Origin: Camelus dromedarius
Taxonomy: Eukaryota
NCBI RefSeq assembly: GCF_036321535.1
Contig: NC_087437.1
Span: 22,136,001 to 22,200,000 of the forward strand
Direction of reading: 5' to 3'
DNA: 64,000 bases
Part shown: one piece after another, positions 9,581-21,990 of the stretch
Numbering within the stretch: the stretch's first letter is position 1
How the letters are laid out: the number at the start of each line of letters is the position of its first letter
Program-made: the position numbers and the translations under genes
Notes under the pieces: model-generated
The model's database searches: none
Told to the model about the DNA's origin: nothing
The model's input: the letters and a program-made list of their open reading frames with translations, nothing else

Positions 9581-10113
9581 GAAGGGTTCCAGGGAGACCT
9601 GACTCCCTGTGGAGACACCCTCAGGAGGATTGTGGTGTGTTTCAACAAAAACAGCCCAGATCCAAACTGAGGAAGCCCACATATTCTGTTATAGATACGT
9701 AATATAAATAACCACACAGGCACTTGCTGTCAATGTTTTGAGTCATTGAGTTTCAAGGAACAGCCACAGTACACACACATCTCAGAAAAGGCAAGACTTG
9801 AAAGTTCAGACCAGCCTCCCCTCCTCTTCTCTGCACTACCTTTTCTCCTTTCCCTTTGCTCCCGTTTCTTACCCTCTCCTCTACCTTCCATTTTAAAGTG
9901 GGATGTTGATTAAATCAAGATCCAGTAACCCCGATCTTGTTTACAAAATGTTCCTTTATCTGTGAACATGTAAAAGAGTCATTTGGATGTGGAGGTTGGG
10001 GTGGAGAAAGGGGAAGTGGTCCAGGAGCAAAATGCCCCATTGGGCAAACTAAACCAAGGAGGCATTCTTCTAAAGTAGACTTGTGTAAAAAACAAAGGTT
10101 ATATGTGAGTATT

Positions 10114-10150
10114 AATAAAGAAGGTAATAAATAATATTCCTTTTTTTTAT
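10114..10150 (+). terminator. CHST2: Candidate proximal polyadenylation signal pair of CHST2
   Basis: AATAAA at 10114-10119 and 10126-10131, followed by a T-rich element at ~10141. Confidence 0.65.
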
Positions 10151-10838
10151 ATTTGCCTCCGTTACTTTGGATTTACCTGTGTTACTTGTCCTGTGCAGCT
10201 TCAGACAGAATCTGCTTCCCCTCCCGCCACCCCTTCTGCCCGTTTGTTTCCTAGAAAACAGCCACGATGGGTGGGAACAGCTTCTGATTCCTTGATAAGA
10301 ACCTTGGAGTTGTTTTCTCACATGTAAATCACAGCCTGTCAGGTGCCCAGGAATGGGAACAAATCTTCAAATTCTAAAGGCAAAAACCAAGCAGGGCAGC
10401 GGAGGAAAAAGCACAGGGCTACTTTCCTCTTCCACTTGGAGCACAGAAAGGAAGAAGCAACCTCTTAGGATTTGAAGGCACTTGGTTTTGATTACTATTG
10501 AGACGGGGAAACCTTGAAGCAGAGACTGATGTTTTGGTCCTGTGTTTAGTTCAGAAAAAGGATTTTTTTTTTTTAAAAGTATGTGATTTAAGAAACTTAC
10601 GATGATGAGAACACAAACCTCAAAAATTAGTGTGAACATTGTGTTGGCAACAGTAGCAACTTCTTTGATTAGAAAAGTGACAGAAAGTGTATGTGTTTGG
10701 AGTGTGTTTCAGCTTCTGGCACAGTCCATGGAGGCATATGAAAAGGGAAGTTTGATCTGAGAACTGTAAGGGCACCTACAAGCTTTTCCCCTTTTCTTGG
10801 CTTCCCAACCAAATTAGTGCAAAAGAGAAATGTGAATT

Positions 10839-10959
10839 TTTATTTATTTATTTATTTTTTATTGAAGTATAGTCAGTTACAGTGTGTCAATTTCTGGTAT
10901 ACAGCATAATATCCCAGCCATGCACATGTATACATATATTTGTTTTCATATTCTTTTTC
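10839..10959 (-). mobile_element. Short L1 3'-tail insertion with target-site duplication
   Basis: (TTTA)n/poly-T then ATTGAAGTATAGTCAGTTACA... Flanked by AGAGAAATGTGAATT (10824-10838) and AGAGAATGTGAATT (10960-10973). Confidence 0.85.
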
Positions 10960-11334
10960 AGAGAATGTGAATTCATACTGGTTTACCTGGAATGTCCGGG
11001 GGGCCCATTGCCTTTCCTTATAATGTTTCCTAAAAGTAAAATTGCAAAGAAGTTACAACATGTTGCTGACAGTATAAGGCTTCAACCAAGAGCTCCTTTT
11101 AGATAGGAAAAATAAGTTACAGGAAAGAGGAAACAAAAATGAATTATGAATTAGTATGTTGGATTTTTGAGATTTGTTAATTTCCAGGGGAAAAACCATT
11201 GCAATTTTCCTGCAGTGGTACTGGTGTTGCTGCTGTCCTGAGCCCATTTGTACTGAAGCATTCTGCAGAATGTTGTATTGTGATAAGCAGTTATGAAGCC
11301 TAAATAGGAACAAGAGAGTATAGTTATATATTAC

Positions 11335-11893
11335 ATTAAATACGGTACAAGTTCAAGCTCATTCTGACTTTATTTTACAATAATTGATTGTGAGATCTGT
11401 GCAAACCAATCTATCGGTTAAATGCTGAAGATTTTATTTCAAGGAAAATACGATGAAAAATAATATGTACATGGGAAATATTTTAACACAAGATGAATCT
11501 TAAGTATAATTTTCATTATGGTGTGCAATTAACTACACTCAATTTCTGAGATAAAGAAGCACAGAGGTTAAAAAAAGGATGTATTTAGCAGTGGATTTTA
11601 TAGCACATTCTAGAATGGCTATTTCTTGATTTACTAAAATAGTTTATAGTGTTGTGTTTATTAAGCCAGATTACAGCTTAGTAACCAGATTGATCATGGT
11701 TTCTATGATATTTTCATGGTAGTGTCTATACTGAATCATCTTCAGCAGCAGTGGAATATCTGTAATAGCTTTAATTTAAGAATACTTCAACATTAAATGA
11801 ACAAAATAAATATTAATGTTCAATGACTATAGATGAAACAGGTTTAGCAGGAAATGAAGACAGCATCATTAAAAAGCAACCACTCTGAATAAA
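11335..11893 (+). terminator. CHST2: Candidate distal polyadenylation signals of CHST2
   Basis: ATTAAA 11335-11340, AATAAA 11805-11810 and 11888-11893. The region is AT-rich, so chance hits are possible. Confidence 0.35.
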
Positions 11894-14557
11894 AGAACCA
11901 TTTAAAAACAAATTTCATGTGGCATTAGAATCAACTCTTTTCACTTAATCACAGTAAAATTCGTGCTGAGTTTTTTGGAGTGACGGATTTTTAAGCAGTT
12001 GAATTAATTCATTTTTCTCTCAGTATATCCAAGGACTTTGCGTGACAGTGGAATTTAGCTCTTGTATGTTAAATCTTTTTGGCTCTTGTATATTAAAAAA
12101 ATGTGAGATGCCACGTAGAGGCTTTGCAGCCGGCAGCACGTTCGTGGTCTCTGCTCAGATGAAATTTTAAGCAAAACATCAACAGTTCTCCCCTTGCTGT
12201 GTCTGAACGGGGTTTCCGCCTGTAATTCCCTTGTTTTGAAGCAGCTGCCTTCTCTCCCCCCACCACTCCCGGGCTCTGTAATTTGACAGGGTGAATTGTT
12301 GCTCCGGAGATTTGTACCAAGCTGCATTCTAGGAAAGGGAGACAGGTGTAGTTCCCACTAACGGCCAAGATAGTCATATCAATGACATTCAGCTTCTCGG
12401 GTTTGAGAAGGAAAGAAGCAGTTTTTGGCGTTAATAAGCTTCTGTCAGCCCTGGTACAGGCAGACCGGGGCCACACCAAATTGCTACAGCACCTGTGACA
12501 ATTTCTGAGACAGCAAATGTGAAAGAGATCCTTTTGTGGTTCCCGACTGGGCAATATGTCCACTGGCAGGAGGAAATATTCTTCAGGGCGGGTTATCAGA
12601 GTGATTTTTATTTTCTGATTCTGCTCCACTGATAGCATGCCTGACTTACCCCTTTGACTTTGGAATGCCTGTGTTAATTAGAAAGCTCTATTTATAAAAT
12701 GAAGTCTAGCCAGTGCATTTAGCCAACAAATACGAGTTTGAAGCAAGGCAGCGGCCCGGGCTGGGGGCTTGAGTTTCAGGGAGCTCCGAGGTACTCAAAG
12801 GCCTCATTCAGGCTGACCCGTGGGTACCTGGCGGGTGGGGACCGGGGCAAATCCTATACCCTTCAGTGTCTACCACGCCCTGAGTACTTGATAAATAATT
12901 CATTAAGTGAATGAAACAGGTAACTATCCAACCTGAAAGTGGTCGGAAGGGAAAGAGTGGGAGAACAGGTTACCTGTTGGGAGAAAGTTCCAGGCTGTTC
13001 ATTAAGTTTGCTGAAGAGAGTGGGTGAGAGGAAGATCTTCAAGGTTTCCAAGGGGTCTATGTCTAGGCCCACTGATGAGTTAGCATTTCTGAATGTGGGG
13101 AGATAAAAGTTTCCAGATGAGGAATTCAAGTTTTATTATTTATTTTTCCCGTTGCACAAACAAGAGAAAGGTCAGGGATCGGAACATACCTGCAGACTGA
13201 ATGCTGCCCTGGTGCTAAAGGGAGAACTGTGACGTTCATGATTACAGAAGCCTGTGATATTTATTTATTGTCTGAAGCGCTGTGCCTGTGAGGTTGGGAG
13301 GACTGTGCGGTGGATTTCACCCAGGCATAGACTGGCCCCTCGCAGGAAGTGAGTCCTGCTGTGGACGCTGAGCGAGACAAGGACTGCCTGTTCCCCTGCG
13401 TCTCTTGCCTGGTCCTGGCCAGTTGTGTCCAGATTTCTGTTGCACACAGGATAGTTGTGGCTGGATTACGCTGTCCATCTGAAATTAATATCAATCTGAG
13501 CGAGGCCATTAAATTAATATTACCTTGGTCTGAGCAATGAAATAAAGATTTCAGAAAAACCAAGAGGGAAGTAAAAAGGTGTGTCTTATCTGTAGTTGTG
13601 AATAAGGATGACGTGTCACTTTACCTCCCTCCCCACTCTTCTTCCTTCTCTATGCACAGCTCCCCCACCCCTCCCCATAAGTGAGTTTCTGCACTGTCTT
13701 GATGTCTAGAAGAGAGATTTTTTATTTATTTATTTTTTGTGCCAGCTAACAGTCTGTTGGGAGGGACACTTTTTGATCTCAGGCCTCTGAGAGCACATGA
13801 ATGATTATTCTGTCAGAACTGGTGACAGTAAGGATCCAGTGTGGGCAGGTAGAAAATGACAGTTGCAATCGGAGGAATGGCTTCAGGTGTGTAATGGGAT
13901 GTCCCGAGGTCAATGCACAGTTTACGGACTCCTCAAAAGAAGTCCTCACTCTCCTTGAGGAGGGCCCTTTCTGACCTGTCACGGCTAAGCACACCATTGG
14001 TTTCTGTACCTTCCCTTCTTTCTGGCTGCCCAGCTGCAACTTTCGCAGTTCAAGTACGAGCCACTGAGCTGCTTGGGTACAGGATCTGGTACAAGTGTTT
14101 AATAATTGAAATGACAGGGCTTGACTTTTATTACATCTGATGCAATTCTGCATACCCTTAACCAAATTATGCTAAGGAAATCGTTAAATTCTGAATAACA
14201 CATTAAGTTTATAAAATGGGAAACTTTATGAACCAGAGTTTGGGGGGTGGTATTGTTTATAAACTTGAAGGAGGCTTGAAGGAACAAGAGCCTGCCTGCC
14301 TACCTGGCAGGATGACAGGGGCTGGCCGGGGCCAAAGCTTAGCTTGTGGCCCAATCAGTTACTTGTAATCAGATGTCAAAAGAGTTTTGGGAATGTCTGA
14401 ACTTTCAGGTTTTTGACAGTCATCCTGCCAAGTAAACGACGTGAAAATGATCACCGTAACCAAAGGCTATACTCAGAACCATTCAGTAATGGCTCCCGTC
14501 CTGAGTGTATAGCCAGGGCTTGATAGCAATTCACCTTGAAGCAGTTAGTCCTCTAGA

Positions 14558-14730
14558 CAGGACCAGCTGCAGAGTTTGTGGGGCTCAGTGCAAACTGAAA
14601 ATGCAGGGCTTCTTGTTAAAAAACAAATTATTAAGCATTTCGATTCTGCAACAGCAGAGAATTAAACCAAGCCTGGGCCCTTCTGAATGTGGGGCCCACA
14701 GACTGCACAGTTCCTGGAAAGTGGCTGCAG
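14558..14730 (-). mobile_element. MER45A-like hAT-Tip100 non-autonomous DNA transposon
   Basis: CAGGACCAGCTGCAGAGTTTGTGGGGCTCAGTGCAAACTGAAAATGC...ATTAAACCAAGCCTGGGCCCTTCTGA matches the reverse MER45A consensus as recalled. Confidence 0.75.
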
Positions 14731-15929
14731 GGGGTTGTGCATAATGCTAATTAAAACTCAGACATCCTAGTAAGACAAGTGCATTCTGCCTGATGATGTT
14801 CTAAGGAGGTGGTGCACAGACGACAGATAATCCTTGGTGACTGCAGCAAGCGATTGACATGCTCTCTGAGTCATCAGTTGGGCTGGAGACCCTTGGGGAC
14901 CAATCCTGTTCAGGACCAGGACAGCCTGTACTGTCAGGGGATCCTTCTCACGAAGACAGATGTCTTCTGTGAGGATGGAGAGCTTGACCTCCTCGTCCTC
15001 AACTGGGGATGCTGGCAAGTTCTGCTGATGACGATGTTCCCTTCCTTCTGAAGCTACCGTGGGGCTCTCTCCATTTGCTTCATGTGTAACAGAGGGGAAG
15101 TCTATGTCTAGAAAAGCAGAAGGTCAAGTCACAATAAACTCAAGGAGTCAGGATGTCAGATGCGCTCAGCCAGCTGTTCTGCCTCCTCGTTGTGCTGAGT
15201 CTGGTCCACTGCGTGTACTTCCTTATGGGTGTGGTGTGTTATGGGTGTGGTGTGTCTCGCTCTCCTCTGGGTGAAGTTCTCCACACTCTCTGCCCCTCTC
15301 CTGCCTCCCATGTCCTCTCGGCTTTGTGAATTCCTGCTCATTACTGAAGATCCTGACTCTCTTTGAAGCTTTTATGTATCAGCCTTGCTCCAAGATTTCG
15401 TCCCCTGGTCCCTCTCACCACCTGATGTGTTGATCTGTTGCTGTGTCTCCCTGCAGACTGGGATGCTTGGTTTCTAGCCTACATCCTTTCCTAGTCATGG
15501 TCCTTCAGGAGGGAAGAGACTGGATCCTGCTTGTGTGTGTGTGTCTCCCCAACACTGAAACAGTGCTTTGCTAGTAGGTCCTTAGAAGGTGAGTGCCGAG
15601 TAAAAGAAGGCGCCCAAGAAGCCTGAGCAGAAGGGACTGAGGGACTGACACTGTCAAAGAGGCTTTAGAGTCACTAGGTGACGTTCCACCATGGCCTGAG
15701 TTTCATATGTGTGGTAGGCAGAAGCTGAAATAGCCAGACAAATTAATATGGGCAAAAGAAATGCCACATAAGGCTTGTGGAAGGCCTCAAATGGGGACTT
15801 TCCATATTAATGTTTGAAACAGAGAAACAATAAATTGAAGCCCCCAAAAGAATGGTAAGAACTGAATTAAACAGAAATGATAGTTTTTTTGTTGTTGTAG
15901 CCATGCACCAAATGTATATATTTACACAT

Positions 15930-16305
15930 TTAAAAATTTTTATATAATTTTACAAGTTACTTTCTATTTACAGTTATTATAAAATATTGGCTATATTTCC
16001 TGTATTGTACAATACATCCATCACCCTGTCTTACACCCAATAGCTTGTGCCTCCCTCTCCCCGACCCCTATATTGCACCCTCCCACCACTGGTAACCACT
16101 AGTTTGTTCTCAGTACCTGTGAGTCTGCTTCTTTTATGTTATATTCACTAGTTTGTTGTATTTTTTAGACTCTACTTATAAGTGATATCATGCAGTATTT
16201 GTCTTTCTCTGTCTGGCTTACTTCACTTAGCATAATGCCCTCCAAGTCTATCCATGTTGCTGCAAGTGGCAAAATTTCATTCTTTTTATGGCTGAGTAGT
16301 ATTCC

Positions 16306-16338
<33 letters not shown>

Positions 16339-16665
16339 CTACTTTTTTCCATTATTTTTTTTCCAGGGTTTTATTTTTTATTTTATTTAATTTTTTAAAA
16401 TTGAAGTATAGTTGATTTACAATGTTGTATTAATTTCTGGTGTACAGCATAGTGATTCAGTTATACACATACACATATTCCTTTTCATATTCAATTTCGT
16501 TCTAGGCTATTCAAGATACTGAATTCAGTTCCCTGTGCTACATAGTAGGACCTGGTTGTTTATCCAGTTCTTCTTTATCCATTTGTCTATTGATGGACAT
16601 TTAAGTTGCTTCCATATCTTGGCAGCTGTAAAAAATGCTGCTAAGAACGTTAGGGTGAATGTAGA
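15930..16665 (-). mobile_element. L1 3' end with a second L1 tail nested at ~16370-16565 and (TG)n at 16308-16336
   Basis: GTGATATCATGCAGTATTTGTCTTTCTCTGTCTGGCTTACTTCACTTAGC and GATGGACATTTAAGTTGCTTCCATATCTTGGC. Second tail TTGAAGTATAGTTGATTTACAATGTTG. Confidence 0.85.
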
Positions 16666-17274
16666 AATGACACAGGTTTTTAAGGGCCCACTAGGAAAAC
16701 GTGTTACTGCCCTGCAGGCTGAACCTGTGTAATTGTTTTGATACCGTCAGTATGATCATCTTTTAACCTTTACAGGGACTGGAAAATTTTCAAGGAACAA
16801 CGTGGAGTTCTGAATATTACATTTCTGTTTGCAGATGTCCCAGTTACTCTGGCAAGCTCTTATTCTCTCTAGGACTGAATTAGGTCCTGGGAGGAATGAA
16901 AATATTTGATGTTCTCATATTGGTGCTCAGTATCTTTAGATGGATATTGTGCTATTCCTTTTTAAAAGAAAAATAGAAATGAAACACATTTTCTTTCTGA
17001 AATGACAGCATTCACATTTACACTTTTTAGCCCTGTTATTTAACCAGCCCTCCTTGCTGGTGAGACCAGTATCCTCTTAGGATGTGAGTTCTGAGTGCAC
17101 TTTTTGAGGTTAAGTCTTCATTTATATTTTTACATTTCCCAAGTGACTCCTCGATGTGCTGTGCTCGTTATAACTTTCTATCCCCATTTTAATTTCACTT
17201 TCAAATGTCCTAACAGTACTGTCCTTTACCCTTTTGTAGAGCATTTGTTATGTGCTGGTCCTCGTGCAAAGTAC

Positions 17275-17370
17275 TTTATTTATTTAATTTATTTAAATAG
17301 AGATACTGGGGATTGAACCCATGACCTCTGGCAGGCTGACCACATGCTCTACCACTGAGCTACACTCCCA
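17275..17370 (-). mobile_element. tRNA-derived SINE (camelid Vic-1-like)
   Basis: Minus strand reads GTGTAGCTCAGTGGTAGAGCATG (A box)...GGTTCAATCCCCAG (B box) plus an A-rich tail. Diverged TSD CCTCGTGCAAAGTACTTT / CCTCCTGCAGAGGACTTT. Confidence 0.85.
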
Positions 17371-17459
17371 CCTCCTGCAGAGGACTTTCTAGTATGATTC
17401 TATTTGATTCTCATAACAATATTGTGATATTAATAGAAGTATTATTATTGTCCTCATTT

Positions 17460-17645
17460 TTTCTTCCAATTTTACTGAGCTATAATTGACATATAGCACT
17501 GTGTAAGTTTAAGGTATACAACATAATGATTTGACTTACATGCATCATGAAATAATGACCACAGTAAGTTTAGTGAACATCTGTCATCTCATATAGACAC
17601 AAAATTAATGAAATAGTAAAAAACAATCTTTTCCTTGTGATGCAA
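17460..17645 (-). mobile_element. L1 (L1MA-type) 3'-end fragment
   Basis: TTTTACTGAGCTATAATTGACATATAGCACTGTGTAAGTTTAAGGTATACAAC. Confidence 0.7.
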
Positions 17646-18251
17646 AGAAATATCCTCACTTTACAGAAAGGAGATACAGGTTTAGACGGGTAATTTTCCT
17701 AAGGTCACAGGGCTTAGTAAATGACAAAGCCTCTTTCTTTTTGCATGGTACAGGAAAGGTCACACTGTTTTCATTGAAGGGATAGCAACAAAATAGCAAA
17801 GGTTTTTGTCCCAGCCTAATGCTTTCTGAGAAATGCTTCCTAAATGCTGGAGGCACTATGCCTTCAGCCTGGGAGCAGGTGTCATCCGTATCATTGGAGA
17901 TGTTTTTTTTTTTTCAGTAGAGAGAAGTAATTGTTGGCTTAAGTGCTGCTGGTTAAAATTCCTCTTAGAATGACCTTTGTTTAGCAAAACAGGTAATAGG
18001 TCATTCTGGTGGCAGAAGAATGCTGCGTAAAACCTCAACAGGCAATTTGGGGGTTGGGAGAAAGAGAGTTTGAAAGGAGAAGGGAAGAGGTCGAGGGAGG
18101 AATAATAGGAGACCCGCAATATGACAGGATGCGGGAGCCAAGGAGATGATGCTACAGTGATGCTCCTAGAAGAGAAGGGAAAGCCAGTGATGGGAAAAGC
18201 CACGTTCAGCATGGAGGTGTTTGCCCCACCAAGTGGCAGTGTGGTAGCTTC

Positions 18252-18951
18252 TGTTACCCTAAACTTCTAGTAAAGGCTGCTACGTGCTTTGCCTTGAGCG
18301 GGTAGTGCTTTGTAGCTGAAGGCGATGCAGGAAAAACGGTTGTGGGGCATGAGGAGGGCCACATCCCAGGCTTCGGTTGAGCCCCTGGGACATGCCCTGC
18401 CAAGTGTGGGTTCTTGGCTTCGTGCAGGAAAGAATTCAAGAGCGAGCCACAGTTGAGTGAAGGTAGATTTATTCAGAGAGATACATTGAAAGGCAAGAGA
18501 AAGGCCACGAGATGTGGGGGCTGGGTGCTCAGATTAGAGTAAAAGTAGGTACACACTCCATAGACAGAGTGCAGTCTGTCTCTGAAGGGAGAGAGAGAGA
18601 GAGGGCGGTGGCCACGGGGCACCCTATTGCCAGTTTTTATGGGCTCAGTGGCTTCATATGCTAATAAGTGTAAGGACCAGTCTAACTAGCCTGGGATTCC
18701 CAGGAAGTTGGCCATTTCTCACTCTTTGACCTTTTGTGGCTAGCCTTGGGACTATCATGGTGCCTGTGGGCATGTTATTCACCACGTTAATAAATTACAA
18801 TGAGCGTATAATGAAGCTCAGGATCTGCTAGAAGTCAAATCTCCCACCATCTTGAGCCTCAAGGCCTACTGGGGGTTGAACCTTCCACCATTTTGATGTT
18901 AATTGCTGTATCATTCCTTGAATGGCTGTGCCCTGCCCCTTTCCTGTCTCA
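18252..18951 (-). mobile_element. Solo LTR, ERV1-like
   Basis: TG...CA termini. TTCTTGGCTTCGTGCAGGAAAGAATTCAAGAGCGAG is typical of a reverse ERV1 R/U5; minus-strand AATAAA at ~18468. No clear TSD seen. Confidence 0.65.
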
Positions 18952-19639
18952 AAGGAATCAGAGCTGTGCCTCCCAGGCTGGCACGGGGCAAAAAACTGCA
19001 GGAGGTGAAACGCAGGGAGGCGACTGCAAATTCAGTGGAAGCAGGAACTCAGAGATAGAATTGATCTGTGGATGCGCTGGCTCAGCCCAGGAGTCCCTGG
19101 AGGTGTTGAGCAGGGTGGGAAATTTCTCTCCAGTTGTGAGATGGGGCTTCTGGGCAACCTTATTTAAAATTTAAAGGAAAAAAACGTAGGACTGTCCGGG
19201 AGGTTGACATTGCTGGTGACTCTAAGGCTTTGCAGGTAGGAACTTAGTGGGCAGGTGGAGACCTAGCAAAGTTAAGTAATTCTGGTGTGTTAAAAGCTGA
19301 TGAGATAGAGTCAGCTCTGTCATTTACAAGTGTGGAAGTCGAGGTGCAGAAAGGCCGAAAGATGTACGCCGAGTCTCTAGTCAGAGAAATTGTGCAAACT
19401 AGAAATCACAGCTCCTGCTTCCCAACTGGGGGCTGCCTGACACGTCCTCACCCTAAGGCTTTTATTTCTTTGGTTCCTCCCAGTCTTGGCCACTCCATGA
19501 TTTCGCGGTATCTCTATAGTGTCTGGGGATCAGAGAAGAAGTGCCCTTTGGGATTCTGGTCGAGCTTTAGTAGGAGATGAGGTTGAAACCAAAGCAGACA
19601 GCTGAGATTCCGGGTGATCTGCAAGTGTCATTCTCAGAG

Positions 19640-20080
19640 GCATCAGTCAAGGTTCTTTTGTTGAAAAACTGACTCAGTTACATTAAACAAAACAGGAAAT
19701 TAACCGGAAAGGATTTGGGAGCCCAGAGAATTGAAGAACAGCTACAAAGCAAGGCTGGACACTGGTTTTCTCATTTCTTTTTTCATTCCTTCCTTCTTCC
19801 CTCCCTCCCACTCTCCAACTCCCCTTCTCTGTCTCTGTCTCTGTCTCTCTCTTTGTCTCACTTCACACATTCAGAATTCGAAGTCCTGGAAGAGAGAGTT
19901 GCATTGGCTGAGGTTGGGGCAGGTGTCTTTCCTTGGCACCTAAGCAGGGCACTTTGACTGGCAGTCCCACCAACCTGCACACAATGTGGGGAAGTAGTTT
20001 CCCACAACAACAGCAGGGTGCAGTTATCAAAAGTACGGGAATAACTGTCAGGTGGACTTAAACCAATAAAGATCTTCTAT
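19640..20080. mobile_element. MaLR LTR remnant (MLT1-type)
   Basis: CATTGGCTGAG...GGGCACTTTGACTGGCAGTCCCACCAACCTGCACACAATG motif. Confidence 0.55.
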
Positions 20081-20389
20081 ATTCATTTACACGCTCTCTT
20101 ATACTCTCCTGTTACCTTGAATAACTGGGGCCAATCTGCTTTAGAGCCTGCTACGCAAGAGCTGGTTGACTCTGCGTTGCTGTGTTAGGATGTGGGCAGA
20201 GAAGTGCCTTATTAGTTAATTGGGCTGCCCTGCTTGTTGGATGTAAATAAGAACATTTACTTATTTAAGTGACGGGGGTTAAATCATGGAGCGGAATTCA
20301 TGCAGTTACTGTGTTGTGTGATGTGCTTTCGTTCAGGGTTTATAATAATGCTGCTTACATGTCTATGATGCTTTTTACTTTACCGAAAA

Positions 20390-20930
20390 GTACGGCAAAT
20401 ATTGCTGGCTTCCCACCTTCTCCCCTTCTTTCTTACTCACAGAATCTTAATTTTGTTCAAGGAGGCAATATGCTTGGCTAAAAATATTTCCCAGTCTCCC
20501 TTGCAGGTAGAGATGATCACGTGGCAGCTAGTGAGCTGTCAACAGAAATCTCCTGGGGATTTTTAGTTTAGTTTCTGATATAAACAGAGCTTTTTCTTGC
20601 CTCCTTTCTTTCCTCCCTTCCCTTTTTAGTTTAGTTTCTGATATAAATAGAGATTTTTCTTGCCTCCTTTTCCTTCCTTCCTGCCTCCTTTCTGTCTGTC
20701 TGTCTGTCATGAGCCTGGAAGTGGGGTCTTTGTCTTGTGACTGAGAGGCAGCCACAAAGGTAAAAGCCACTTGCAGAAAGACAGAAGCTGGGGATACTGA
20801 GGCCACCATGAAGCCACCACACCAGCCACAGACCACCAGCCTTCCGAATACCTGCGGTGTGGGAAGAAGAAATGCTTAATTGTTTAAGCCGTTTTTGTTA
20901 CTCACAGCCAACTGCAATCCTAATGAATAC
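20390..20930. mobile_element. MaLR LTR remnant (MLT1-type) with an internal ~60-bp tandem duplication
   Basis: TATTTCCCAGTCTCCCTTGCAGGTAG and TTGTTTAAGCC...GTTACTCACAGCCAACTGCAATCCTAATGAATACA. Confidence 0.65.
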
Positions 20931-21114
20931 ACTACATAGTCTCACTAATATTTTATTAGATCATTTGAAACTTGCCACCACTAAGCAGAAGTAGGATTAT
21001 GATCCACCTTTTATGGAAGAGGAAACTGATACCCAGAGAGGCTAAGTGGCTTGCTCAAGGTCAAAGTACAGTGAATGTCAGTTTTGACGTCCAAATTAGC
21101 ACTCTTTCCATCAG

Positions 21115-21345
21115 CCAGTGGTCCTCAACTATTTCTGCAAACTGCTTGGGGGGGAGTACTGAAGACCAGTCTTTAGAAAACTGTGTGTGGTTATGTGTGT
21201 GTGTTTTGCCAGGACGGGGGAGTGGTAATGGCATTTGGGGAATGCGAGCAGTATTGCTGAATGTTCTGTTGAGCAGAGAACTGTCCCAGGTAATGAAGAA
21301 TTGTCCTGCTCCAAATGCCAATAGCGTTCTTTTGAGGAATACTGA
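21115..21345. mobile_element. hAT-Charlie MER element (MER3/MER20-like)
   Basis: CAGTGGTCCTCAAC ... GAAGAATTGTCCTGCTCCAAATGCCAATAGCG...TTGAGGAATACTG, with TIR-like ends. Confidence 0.55.
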
Positions 21346-21990
21346 GCAAAATTAAGCCAAAGAGAATTATGTTCTTACTGATTCAGAGCCCACAACAAGG
21401 CTGCTGCAAAATGATATTCAATAAACGTTAGGTGATAATGATATCACCGCCGTCGTCAACATCCTCATCATCACCGTCATCAGTCATCATTGCTGTTTTG
21501 GGCATTTGTGGCTATAATGAATTTAAAGGTTGTCCGTGCCTGTAGCTACATTCTGCTGCTTTGGGTTAGGCGTAGAGAAGATGGTTGATTGGAGGATGGG
21601 TAATGGATAGGGAAGAAGTAGGAGAGATACTGGATTGAAACTTTTAATGAGGACAAAGATTTCAGATCATATATGTATATATATACACACACACACAGTT
21701 CTGGCAGGACAGAGTGTAGCACAGGTAGGCAGGAATTCTTGAGACCTCCGTTTCTGAGATGGTACATTTGTTCTTGGGTCAGGGTTAAGGGAGTTGTGTT
21801 GGACTGGAGCTAGGATGTCAGATGGGTTCCCACCATGGGTACTGCAGTCAGGGTGGGGGCCATAGTGGAGAGGTCATTGATCTGGGCACTTGTCCCTGGT
21901 GTTGGAAGATGACACTGTCCTCTTCTACAACTTGTTTGGTCCCTTCCTGACCCAGTATACAAGCCAGCTCACCATTGCATCTGTATGTTT

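Noticed and set aside
6347..9723. Many overlapping 60-200-aa ORFs on both strands in the CpG island
   Set aside because: Expected from stop-codon scarcity in GC-rich DNA and from antisense shadows of the CHST2 CDS. Mostly non-ATG starts and low-complexity products.
12093..12638. 181-aa minus-strand ORF
   Set aside because: No recognisable domain or coding-like composition, and it spans a predicted intron of the putative antisense RNA.
14935..15000. EEVKLSILTEDICLREKDP resembles the L1 reverse transcriptase EEVKLSLFADDMILYIENP
   Set aside because: The catalytic FADD is absent, and the flanking DNA is GC-rich and not L1-like. Treated as probable coincidence unless an HMM search says otherwise.
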